DNA from: Acidimicrobiia bacterium
Lineage (GTDB): Bacteria; Actinomycetota; Acidimicrobiia; Acidimicrobiales; Aldehydirespiratoraceae
DNA: 60,518 nucleotides
Assembly: GCA_024421085.1 (NCBI GenBank)
Contig: JAHQYN010000006.1
Coordinates: 1-60,518, forward strand
Direction: 5' to 3'
Shown here: positions 1-8,360 of the stretch, in pieces
Layout: each line of letters starts with the position of its first letter
How positions within the stretch are numbered: position 1 is the first letter of the stretch
The notes under the pieces: model-generated
What the model saw: the letters and a program-made list of their open reading frames with translations, nothing else
The model's database searches: none
Told to the model about the DNA's origin: nothing
Translations under genes and position numbers: made by a program

Positions 1-2
1 TC

Positions 3-887
3 GTCGATAGCAGCGACGAACTGCAACTGACAACGCATCAGCTTCGCCAGGCGCAGACCAAAGTCGACGATTCCCGCAAGCAGATCGTTTCGCTCATCGC
101 CGAGACCTTCAACCTGGTCCTCACCCCGGAGCAGTTGCGAGGGACCTCTGAGATCATCTGGCAGACGAGCCGCGCCGCGGGGGAAGACACGATCGCCGTG
201 CGGGCCAGTCGCAAGCTGCGAAGCGAGGAGAATCTCATCTCCAAGTACAGCGGAATGCGGGTGCGCATGGACATCGACCGCGGCGAACTGTGGTCCGACC
301 GCGGCGACTTGGCGGTCGGAGAGCTCTGGTCGACCTACGCCCGCTTCTGTCACATGCCGAGGCTGGGATCGTTCGAGGTGATGGCCGACGCCCTGTCGGG
401 CGGGGTAGCGGCCCTCGACTGGGAGCAGACCACGTTCGCCTATGCCGATGCGCACGACGGTGAACGCTGGCTCGGCGTCCGCACCGCCCAACATGTGACC
501 CCGACCCCCAGCGGCCTGTTGATCCGCCCCGACAGCCTGCCCCCGCCCCCAGACCCCGCCCCCGACTCCGGTGCTCTGGCTGACAAAAGTGCTGGCGGGC
601 GCACCGACACCGAGTCCGGCGCCAGCAAATCCGGTGCTTCAACCGGTGCCGCAGCCGGTGCCGCTGCCGCGCCGACCGAGTTCTACGCCGAATTCCAGTT
701 AGACCCGGTCCGCTGCATCAAGCAACTGGGTGAGATCGCCGAGCATGTGACCGCCCGACTCGGTCCGGATGTCGAAATCACCCTCGAAGTCCGCGCCCGC
801 AACAAAAGCGGCTTCGACGACGCCACCCGACGCACCGTCTCCGAGAACGCAACAAACCTCGGCTCCCAATCCTCCGAATTCGAATAA
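3..887 (+). CDS. DUF499-family ATPase, C-terminal part (5' truncated by window edge)
   Basis: Frame is open from base 3. C-terminus FYAEFQLDPVR...VEITLEVRA...GFDDATRRTVSENATNLG...FE matches the characteristic DUF499 tail after a low-complexity linker. Confidence 0.75.
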   Translation, partial: VDSSDELQLTTHQLRQAQTKVDDSRKQIVSLIAETFNLVLTPEQLRGTSEIIWQTSRAAGEDTIAVRASRKLRSEENLISKYSGMRVRMDIDRGELWSDRGDLAVGELWSTYARFCHMPRLGSFEVMADALSGGVAALDWEQTTFAYADAHDGERWLGVRTAQHVTPTPSGLLIRPDSLPPPPDPAPDSGALADKSAGGRTDTESGASKSGASTGAAAGAAAAPTEFYAEFQLDPVRCIKQLGEIAEHVTARLGPDVEITLEVRARNKSGFDDATRRTVSENATNLGSQSSEFE

Positions 888-1253
888 CCCGCCACTCGGC
901 AATGGCAGTTGCCGTGCAGCGCGCGGAAATGTCGGCACTGTCATGCAGTCATTCAGACATCTTCAGGTGCAGGTCGGTCGAACTTCCCTAGCGCAGGATG
1001 CAACGTTTCTGGCTCTTCGCGTTTGAGGTCGGGGTCAGCGGGGTTAGGGTCCGCGGCTAGAGTTGGTCGCTGCGAGCGCTTGAAGCTGTGCATAACGGAT
1101 CGCCGGGTTGTTCGCGAGTTTCATGGCGGGGAGCGGACCGCGTTGGATGTACCGCCAACGCTGCCCGATGCTGCTTGACAAAACCCAGAATCTGTCGCGC
1201 GAAGTCGGCTGCACAGCACGCAGAGTGCGACAACGACGCCACCCGGGTGAGCG

Positions 1254-1439
1254 ATGGGGTTCCTCGGGCCCGCCGGTACTGCCGTCGACGCTTTCGTCCA
1301 GCAGGTCGAGCGCCACCTCCACGCCCTGTCGTTCAGCACCGAGCGGGTCTTCGAGTACCCCCAGCTAGCGCGGCTCAAGGTCAACTTCGAGGGTGAGGAC
1401 TTGTTCATCGACATCGGCGTTGACTACAGGTCGTTCTAG
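1254..1439 (+). pseudogene. Internal fragment resembling AbiEii-type nucleotidyltransferase toxin
   Basis: 61-aa ORF (…FEYPQLARLKVNFEGEDLFIDIGVDYR) resembles the middle of actinobacterial AbiEii proteins; both ends missing. Confidence 0.4.
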
Positions 1440-1487
1440 CCGCGCCCGTGTGCCCCCGACTCGGCAGGCCGCGCTACTTGGCAGGCC

Positions 1488-2282
1488 CTACTTGGCGACC
1501 GTGGACAGGCCGCCGCCGACGGGGACCACCGCACCGGTCACATAGGAGGCTGCCGCGGAGGCGAGGTAGATCGCCACTCCGGCCATGTCGTCAGGCTCGC
1601 CGATCCGGCCCATCGGAATATCCCGGGCAATCTCGGCGCGAGCCACGGGATCGTTGAGCGCGAAGGCCATCATCTGGGAGTCGAACGGTCCGGGGGCGAT
1701 GGCATTGACCGTGATGTGATCGCCGGCGAGTTCCTTGGCGAGGTGCCGGGTCAACATATGCACCGCCGCCTTCGACGAGGAGTAGGAGAAGGTGTCCATC
1801 TCCGGTGGGGTGAGCCCGTTCACCGAACCGATGTTGATCACTCGGGCGGGGTGCGACCGCCGGGCCGAGGCACGGAGCAGTGGCAGCAGGCGCTGGGTGA
1901 GGAAGAACACTCCTCGGACATTCACGTTCATGACCTTGTCCCACCCCTGCGCGCCGAACTCGTCGAGCGGTTGACCCCACGACGCACCGGCGTTGTTGAC
2001 CAGAATGTCCAGCGAATCCCAACGGTCGTTGACCGCGACCCCAAGATGGCCGATGCCGTCGTCGCTGGAGAGGTCGCTGGGAACCGCGATGCAGGTGCCC
2101 CTCGACGACATCTCGTCGGCCGCCGCAGTCACCTGCTCAACCTTGCGGGCGGTGATGATCACCTCGCAGCCGGCGTCGAGCAGACCCTCGGTGATCATGC
2201 GCCCGATGCCGCGGCTGCCGCCTGTGACGACCGCTCGTCGGCCCTCGAGCCCGAACAGCGAGGTGATGCGATTGACATCCAT
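1488..2282 (-). CDS. Short-chain dehydrogenase/reductase (SDR)
   Basis: TGGSRGIG, NNAG and YSSSK motifs; AAGGAG RBS before ATG at 2282. Confidence 0.93.
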   Translation of the reverse strand: MDVNRITSLFGLEGRRAVVTGGSRGIGRMITEGLLDAGCEVIITARKVEQVTAAADEMSSRGTCIAVPSDLSSDDGIGHLGVAVNDRWDSLDILVNNAGASWGQPLDEFGAQGWDKVMNVNVRGVFFLTQRLLPLLRASARRSHPARVINIGSVNGLTPPEMDTFSYSSSKAAVHMLTRHLAKELAGDHITVNAIAPGPFDSQMMAFALNDPVARAEIARDIPMGRIGEPDDMAGVAIYLASAAASYVTGAVVPVGGGLSTVAK

Positions 2283-2343
2283 GAGCGCTCCTTTGGAATC
2301 GGCGAATCTGCGTGAGCACCCTAACGCCCCTAAGCTCCAAGCC

Positions 2344-3051
2344 ATGCCAACAACAACAGACCATGCAATAGCGGGCGTGACCGGTGACATCCCCGCAATC
2401 CTGTGCATACCCGAGGGCGGCAGCGGCCCCGGTGTCGTGCTGATCCAGGAGATCTTCGGAATCAACGACTACATCCTCAGCGTTGCCGAGCGGCTGGCCA
2501 ACGAGGGCTATGTCGTGCTGGCGCCCCACATGTATTGGCGGATCCAGCATCCGTTCCGTGTCGACGCACGGGGCCCCGAAGACTTGGGGCCGGCTTTCGA
2601 AATCGCCAACCAGCACCCGCCCGAAGACGGTGTCGCCGACGTCGGCGCCGGGCTCGACCACCTCCGAGGCCGTTCCGATGTGCAGGGTGGCGTTGCTGTG
2701 ATGGGGTTCTGCTTCGGTGGCTCGATGACCTATCTCGCAGCGGCTGCCCATGAGCCGACCTGCGCGGTGTCGTACTACGGCTCGATGATCGGTGAGAACC
2801 TCGACAAGGCGCCCGCAGTCACCTGCCCGATCCTGTTCCACTTCGGCGACGATGACCCGTTCCTGCCCAACGAGCACGTCGACGGCCTGCGGGCAGCCAC
2901 CGAGGGTATGTCAAACGTCGAGATTCTGGTGCAGCCAGGTGCGGGCCACGCATTCGACAACGACAAGAACCCGATGTTCGCGAACCCCTCTGCCGCCGCT
3001 GCCTCCTGGGCACGCACCTCAGAGTTCCTCAGAACCCATCTGAACGCCTAG
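2344..3051 (+). CDS. Dienelactone hydrolase family protein
   Basis: QEIFG, GFCFGG nucleophile and GHAF motifs; ATG at 2344. Confidence 0.92.
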   Translation: MPTTTDHAIAGVTGDIPAILCIPEGGSGPGVVLIQEIFGINDYILSVAERLANEGYVVLAPHMYWRIQHPFRVDARGPEDLGPAFEIANQHPPEDGVADVGAGLDHLRGRSDVQGGVAVMGFCFGGSMTYLAAAAHEPTCAVSYYGSMIGENLDKAPAVTCPILFHFGDDDPFLPNEHVDGLRAATEGMSNVEILVQPGAGHAFDNDKNPMFANPSAAAASWARTSEFLRTHLNA

Positions 3052-3069
3052 GTGGAACCACCGTGGTCC

Positions 3070-3165
3070 GTTACTCGCCTAATATGTTAGTCACCTAATA
3101 CGTTAGTTAGCTAGTATAGTAGGTACCTAGTATAGGAGTCACCTAGTACAGTAGGTAACTAACCA
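3070..3165. repeat. Six degenerate 16-bp tandem units with palindromic TAG-N4-CTA core; probable operator array
   Basis: Units: gttactcgcctaatat / gttagtcacctaatac / gttagttagctagtat / agtaggtacctagtat / aggagtcacctagtac / agtaggtaactaacca. AT-rich; ends 22 bp before the ATPase ATG. Confidence 0.85.
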
Positions 3166-3187
3166 CGCAGTTCATTCGAGGGGGCTC

Positions 3188-4663
3188 ATGGCGCGCAGAC
3201 AACTGATCGACCGAGAGACGGAAGCGGCCAAGTTGAGGAGCCTGCTCGACAGCGGCAAACCCTCACTGGCCCTCGTCCACGGACGCCGACGAGTGGGCAA
3301 GACCTTCCTGCTGTCTCAGCTCTGGCCCCCGCACCAGGTTCTGTTCTACTCAGCTTCTTCCACCACCCCGGCCATCAACCGGCGGGCTCTTGTCGAAGAA
3401 GCCGCCCGGTGGTCAGGCCAAGAACTCCGCTCCCAGGACCACCCCACTTGGCGCACGGTGTTTCGCACTCTGCTCGGCCTCCACCCCGACAAGCCGATCG
3501 TCATCGTGTTGGACGAGTTCCAATATCTTGCCGAAGGCGAGCGCGGGTTGCGAGAGGTCGCCTCGGAGCTGAATGCGGTATGGGAATCGCCGCCGCCTCG
3601 CTCGGCGGGCCTTGTGTTGGTGCTCTGCGGATCGGCGGTGCGCACGATGGAGGCTCTGGCCAGAGGAGGTTCTCCGCTCTACGGTCGGCTGGACGCACAA
3701 CTTCAGCTCGGCCCGTTCGACTATTTCGACGCTGGCCAGATGGTTGCCCACTATTCGCTAACCGACCGGGTACGCGCCTACGCCGCGTTCGGAGGGCTCC
3801 CTGCCAACCTCGCAGCAGTCGACGACACCCGGAGTCTCGGAGACAACATCGCCGAACTGCTGTTGTCTCCCCACGGCGTGGTCCGTGCTCGACTGCTGAC
3901 CGAGATCGACCAGGAGGAGGGGCTGCGCCAGACCTCTCTGTACCGGGCTGTCTTGGCCGGCATCGGACTCGGCGCCCGAACCACCGGCGAGATCGCCGCA
4001 AGGATGGGCAGGAAATCCGACAGCTCCCTCAAGCGGTTCATAGACCAGCTCGAAGACATGGCCTATCTGGTACGCGAGGTGAACTTCGGTGCTTCCCCGC
4101 AGCGGGGAACGCGCTACCGCCTGGCCGACCCGGCGGCGCGCTTCCACTACGGGATCGGGCTGCAAGCGGAGTCCGTGGTGGCCACCCTGGGCCCGAAAGC
4201 CGCTTGGGAAACCTGGATCGAGCCTGAGGCGTTTCCTGCCTATGCAGGACGTCAGGTCTTTGAGGACGTGGCCCGACAGGCCTGCCGTCGCTGGGGTCCG
4301 GGGCAAGGGCTTCCAACGGTCGCCCAATGGGGCAGGTGGGCCGGCGCCGACCGAGCTCGAAAAGAGGTGGAGATCGATCTGGTCGGACGAACCCTCGTCG
4401 GCGAAATGGTCACCGGTTCGGTCAAGTTCCGCAGCCGCCAAGCCAATGCCAAGACCTACCTCGACCATGTCGGCGCACTGCAGCGACTCGCCGACAGCGG
4501 CCTCGGCTGGGCCAAAGAAGCGCTGGCGCCCCGATCAGCGTTCTGGTTCGTCTCCGCGGCAGGCTACGCTCCGTCATTCTACGAAGTGATGCAGCGGGGC
4601 CGCCCCACCATCACCTGGACCATCGAAGACCTGTTCCCAGCGGAAACGGCTGACGCAGCCTAG
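3188..4663 (+). CDS. AAA ATPase with wHTH and C-terminal PD-(D/E)xK-like (DUF234-type) domain
   Basis: Walker A GRRRVGKT, Walker B IVLDEFQ, SPLYGR, central HTH-like TTGEIAARMG, C-terminal EVEIDLVG...GSVKF. Confidence 0.88.
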   Translation: MARRQLIDRETEAAKLRSLLDSGKPSLALVHGRRRVGKTFLLSQLWPPHQVLFYSASSTTPAINRRALVEEAARWSGQELRSQDHPTWRTVFRTLLGLHPDKPIVIVLDEFQYLAEGERGLREVASELNAVWESPPPRSAGLVLVLCGSAVRTMEALARGGSPLYGRLDAQLQLGPFDYFDAGQMVAHYSLTDRVRAYAAFGGLPANLAAVDDTRSLGDNIAELLLSPHGVVRARLLTEIDQEEGLRQTSLYRAVLAGIGLGARTTGEIAARMGRKSDSSLKRFIDQLEDMAYLVREVNFGASPQRGTRYRLADPAARFHYGIGLQAESVVATLGPKAAWETWIEPEAFPAYAGRQVFEDVARQACRRWGPGQGLPTVAQWGRWAGADRARKEVEIDLVGRTLVGEMVTGSVKFRSRQANAKTYLDHVGALQRLADSGLGWAKEALAPRSAFWFVSAAGYAPSFYEVMQRGRPTITWTIEDLFPAETADAA

Positions 4664-4770
4664 TTCTGCGTCCGGTGTTGGACCCGGGCGTGGACCCGGG
4701 CGAACCGGACCTGGGTGAACCGGACCTGCACCTCAGAGTTCCTGAAAGCCCGTCGGCCCGCCCGAGATTG

Positions 4771-5715
4771 CTAGAACTCGTATCCGCCGATGCCGTAGAA
4801 ACCGCTCGAGGCGGTCTTCGGGGTGCGGTGCCGGGGCAGGATCTTGGCATCGTCCGGCGGTGTCGGATCGTCGCCGAGCACCGTGGAGCGTCGCAGAACC
4901 CGACGCTCCGACGTGTCGTCGACCACCGAGTGCAGCGTGACCCGCTCATCCCAGAGCACCACATCGCCGACGTTCCAGCGCCAGCGACAACTGAACTTCA
5001 CCTGCTCCTCCCAACGGAACAGGAACGACAAGAGGTTCTGTGACTCGGGCCGCGAGAGTTGGGGGATGCGCCTGCTGAACTGCTTGTTGACGTACAGGCT
5101 CTTGCGCCCGGTGCCGGGATGCACGCGCACGACGGGATGCTCGGCGGCGGGCGCGCCACCGTTGCGGGTGTCCTCATGCAGGCAGGTCAAGCCCTCGAGG
5201 AACTGCCGCATCGCCGCGGACAGCGAGTGGTAGACCTCATAGCAGTTGATCCACATCGTGTCGCCACCCCACGGCGGGGACTCGACCATGTGCAACAGGG
5301 CGGCGACGGGCGGATGGTCCGAGCAGGTGAAATCGGTGTGCCAGACATCGGCCTTGGGAGTCGTCGAGGTGTCGAGCACGATCACCTCGGGAATCTCCGG
5401 ATCGACCTTGTCGAGATAGGGGTGGACTTCCAAGGGGCCGAACGTCGCGGCGATGTCGCGAAGACCCTCCGCGGTCGGGTCCAGACCGGGCATGAAGAGG
5501 ACCAAGTGCTCGTTGAGCGCTTCAATCAACTCATCGGCCACGGCACTGACCACAGCGGGATCAAGACCGACGACCTCCGCCCCGAGCGACCCGGCGATCG
5601 GTCGCACCTCGAGCTTGGCCGCTGCAGCCACAGACGATGATCCCACGGACCCCAAGCCTACAGACCCTGGCCGACCAACAAAATCCCGAACGGTTGCCCG
5701 GGGTCGGCGGCTCAC
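4771..5715 (-). CDS. TauD/TfdA family Fe(II)/2-oxoglutarate dioxygenase
   Basis: WHTD, GGDT, EHPVVRVHP and WDERVTLH motifs; GTG start overlaps the stop of the duplicated ALDH end. Confidence 0.9.
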   Translation of the reverse strand: MSRRPRATVRDFVGRPGSVGLGSVGSSSVAAAAKLEVRPIAGSLGAEVVGLDPAVVSAVADELIEALNEHLVLFMPGLDPTAEGLRDIAATFGPLEVHPYLDKVDPEIPEVIVLDTSTTPKADVWHTDFTCSDHPPVAALLHMVESPPWGGDTMWINCYEVYHSLSAAMRQFLEGLTCLHEDTRNGGAPAAEHPVVRVHPGTGRKSLYVNKQFSRRIPQLSRPESQNLLSFLFRWEEQVKFSCRWRWNVGDVVLWDERVTLHSVVDDTSERRVLRRSTVLGDDPTPPDDAKILPRHRTPKTASSGFYGIGGYEF

Positions 5716-5807
5716 GAAGTTGTGTCGTTGAGGGTCATCACTGTCTTGACTTCGCTGTGGAAGTCGAGCGCGTGGTCGCCGCCCTCCCGGCCGATGCCGG
5801 AGACGCC
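5710..5807 (-). repeat. Second copy of the 3' end of the aldehyde dehydrogenase gene (direct repeat of 6888-6985)
   Basis: 98-bp match with 4 mismatches; encodes GVSGIGREGGDHALDFHSEVKTVMTLNDTTS*. Confidence 0.95.
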
Positions 5808-5867
5808 TGACCCAAGAAGGCTTCCGGGGTGAACGCCGACATCAACGAGGACACCATACGAGCGGAG

Positions 5868-5921
5868 TCACTCGGTTTGGACGAGTCGGCGCGACAGGTT
5901 CTGATCGAGCAGCAGCCTCAC
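5868..5921 (-). pseudogene. Truncated DUF5615 PIN-like toxin
   Basis: MRLLLDQNLSRRLVQTE* with GTG overlapping the DUF433 stop; typical N-terminus, then premature stop. Confidence 0.75.
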
Positions 5922-6139
5922 GCGGGAGTTGCTAGGCGCCGTTCGCGTAGGGCGGCGAACTCAATGGCGGCTAGGACATGTTTCTCGCTCAATTCGGGAA
6001 AGTCGCCGACGATCTCCGAGGGAGTCATCCCCGAAGCCAAGTAGTCCAGAACGTCGTAAACCGCTATCCGCGTGCCAACGAAGCAGGGTTTGCCGCTGCG
6101 GATACCTGCTCGCGCCTCAATAATTGCGGTTAGCTCCAT
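5918..6139 (-). CDS. DUF433 antitoxin
   Basis: IRSGKPCFVGTRIAVYDVLDYLASGMTPSEIVGDFPEL signature. Confidence 0.92.
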   Translation of the reverse strand: MELTAIIEARAGIRSGKPCFVGTRIAVYDVLDYLASGMTPSEIVGDFPELSEKHVLAAIEFAALRERRLATPA

Positions 6140-6197
6140 AAAGGCGAGCATACCCGCGATGCATCGCGTAGCGAAGAGATGTCTTGGGTTGAGCATT

Positions 6198-6430
6198 CCC
6201 TGAGGTTCGACACCTTCTCCCGTTGACCGGGCACTGCGTTTCAGAGGTGACCGCTAGGTGTCGGATCTGCGAAGGGAAAACGGTTCTACTTCTCGACATC
6301 GCTCGACCACTCCGTCCCCAAGCCGTCAACGTAACAGGGGGCTCCAGCCCCACCCACCGCGGCGAGCAACCAAACCCGGCATTGTCAACCAGGACTGTCA
6401 ACCAAGGCTAACAACAATGTAGAGGGGGTC
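6198..6430 (+). mobile_element. Candidate internally deleted IS110-like remnant without transposase
   Basis: Non-coding. TTGACCGGGCACTGCG…GAGGTGACCGCTAGGTGTCGGATCTG and GTAACAGGGGGCTCCAGCCCC…TAGAGGGGG recall actinobacterial IS110 ends (from memory, unverified). Confidence 0.35.
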
Positions 6431-6842
6431 AGCGGGGGCGGTGTTGGGTGTCGAGGCCGGCGGTGATGAACAGGGCGGTGGCGTGCTCGGCGATGTCGGC
6501 GGTGTGCCAGACGCCGGGGGCGTTGATCGCGTACTCTCCGGCGCCGAGGGTGGCGGACCGCTCCGTACCGTCGGGCAGTTCCTGGTGCAGGGTCATCTCA
6601 CCGGCGGTGCACACCACCACTTCAGAACCGAGCGGGTGCATCTCCCAAACGTCCCACGGTTCGGTGAACGAGTGCATGGCAACCAGCCGGCCCTCCACAC
6701 CGTCGCCGGCGTGGCGCCTGGTGTAGTCGCCATACCAGCTCATCTCGCCCGTGAAGCGCGGCTCAACCTCCGCAGTGGCCCCCAACCCGAGATGGATCAG
6801 GTTGGTGCCAAGAGCAAACACGGGTCCTTCGGGAATAGTCAT
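6429..6842 (-). CDS. Cupin domain protein
   Basis: WEMHPLGSEVV and INAPGVWHTAD cupin motifs. Confidence 0.88.
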   Translation of the reverse strand: MTIPEGPVFALGTNLIHLGLGATAEVEPRFTGEMSWYGDYTRRHAGDGVEGRLVAMHSFTEPWDVWEMHPLGSEVVVCTAGEMTLHQELPDGTERSATLGAGEYAINAPGVWHTADIAEHATALFITAGLDTQHRPR

Positions 6843-6889
6843 TCGCCCATTGTTGCCCAGACCGACCGGGCGCGCCCATCCTCAGGCGC

Positions 6890-8356
6890 TCACGAAGTTG
6901 TGTCGTTGAGGATCATCACTGTCTTGACTTCGCTATGGAAGTCGAGCGCGTGGTCGCCGCCCTCTCGGCCGATGCCGGAGATGCCGCAACCCCCGAACGG
7001 TGCGGTGAGATCGCGCACTAGGAAGGTGTTGACCCATACCACACCGGCGCGGATCGCCGCCGTGACTCGTTCGGCCCGTTGCTGTGAGCCGGTATAGATA
7101 ATCGCTGACAGGCCGTAGCGAGTCGAGTTGGCGAGCCGGACCGCTTCGGGCTCATCCTCGAAGGTCTGGAACGTGAGCACCGGACCGAATATCTCTTCTT
7201 GCACGACCTCACTGTCGTTCGTGGCCGGTTCGATCAGCGTCGGTTCGTAGTGGAGTGACCCCTTGACCGGTCGTCCGCCGCGCACGACGGTGTCGCCGAC
7301 GGCGCGGGCCCGTTTAACGAAACCATGCACCCGTTGGCGGTGGTCGGGATGGGCCAGCGGCGCGATATCTGTGTTCGGGTCGCGGGAGTCGCCGAGGACC
7401 AGTTGATCGGCATGGTGGTGAAAGCGTTCCAGGAACGGTTCGCGGATGGAGCGTTCCACCAGCAGTCTGGCACCCGCCAGGCAGACCTGGCCTGAATCGT
7501 CGAACTGCCAGGCGGCTCTGTGGGCCGCGGCGTCGAGATCAGCGTCGGCAAAGACGATCAGCGGGCCCTTGCCGCCCAACTCCGCGGTGAACGGCACGAT
7601 GTTCTCAGCCGCCGCCTTACCGATCACGCGACCGGTGGCGGGCGATCCCGTGAAGCTGATCCGGCGCACCCGCGGGTCAGCAACGAGAGCCCCACCCACC
7701 TCACTTCCGATTCCCTGCACAAGGTTGTAAGCGCCCGGCGGGAAGCCCGCTTCGAGAGCGAGCTCGGCGAGCAGCGCGGCGCTCAAAGGAGACCACTCGG
7801 CCGGTTTGTGGATAACCGAGTTCCCGGCAGCGAGGGCCGGGGCCAGCTTCCAGGTGGCGAGCATGAACGGCGCGTTCCAAGGGGTGATCACGACAGCCGG
7901 TCCGGCGGGCATGCGCTGCACCGTGTTGGCCATGCCTTTTGCGTCCCAGTGCCTGTCTTCGTGGGCGACTGTCAGATCGGCATAGGTGCGGAAGTTGAGC
8001 GCTCCGCGAGCCACGAGCCTCAGCTTCATCGACTCCTCGAGAAACCCCATATCGAGACATTCGACGCGGGCGATCTCATCGGTGTTGTCGTCGATCAGGT
8101 CCGCCAACCGGTGCATCGTCTCGGCGCGCTCCACCACGGTCGTACTTCCCCACATATCGAAACCGGCCACCGCGGCAGCGACCGCGGCGTCAGCGGCCGC
8201 TGAATCGCCACGGGCGATATCAGCCAGATGGAGTTCGTCCCAGTCCAGCGGCGAACGAGTCTCAAACGTGGAGGGCGAGCCAACCCATTCACCTCCGATC
8301 AGATGCCCAGTCGGAACCGAGACTCCGTCGACGTCAGCGCGTTCTGGTCCAGTCAT
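6890..8356 (-). CDS. Aldehyde dehydrogenase (HpaE / hydroxymuconic semialdehyde dehydrogenase-like)
   Basis: ITPWNAP, FTGS, ELGGK, GQVCLAG and EEIFGP motifs; ATG at 8356. Confidence 0.92.
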   Translation of the reverse strand: MTGPERADVDGVSVPTGHLIGGEWVGSPSTFETRSPLDWDELHLADIARGDSAAADAAVAAAVAGFDMWGSTTVVERAETMHRLADLIDDNTDEIARVECLDMGFLEESMKLRLVARGALNFRTYADLTVAHEDRHWDAKGMANTVQRMPAGPAVVITPWNAPFMLATWKLAPALAAGNSVIHKPAEWSPLSAALLAELALEAGFPPGAYNLVQGIGSEVGGALVADPRVRRISFTGSPATGRVIGKAAAENIVPFTAELGGKGPLIVFADADLDAAAHRAAWQFDDSGQVCLAGARLLVERSIREPFLERFHHHADQLVLGDSRDPNTDIAPLAHPDHRQRVHGFVKRARAVGDTVVRGGRPVKGSLHYEPTLIEPATNDSEVVQEEIFGPVLTFQTFEDEPEAVRLANSTRYGLSAIIYTGSQQRAERVTAAIRAGVVWVNTFLVRDLTAPFGGCGISGIGREGGDHALDFHSEVKTVMILNDTTS

Positions 8357-8360
8357 CTCT

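Noticed and set aside
890-1250. Short ORFs downstream of the DUF499 gene, and 51655-51900
   Set aside because: No recognisable motif or convincing start; probably decayed DNA that I cannot assign.
3070-3165. 16-bp array as a mini-CRISPR or plasmid iterons
   Set aside because: Units are contiguous, degenerate and palindromic with no spacers, and the adjacent gene is not a Rep protein.
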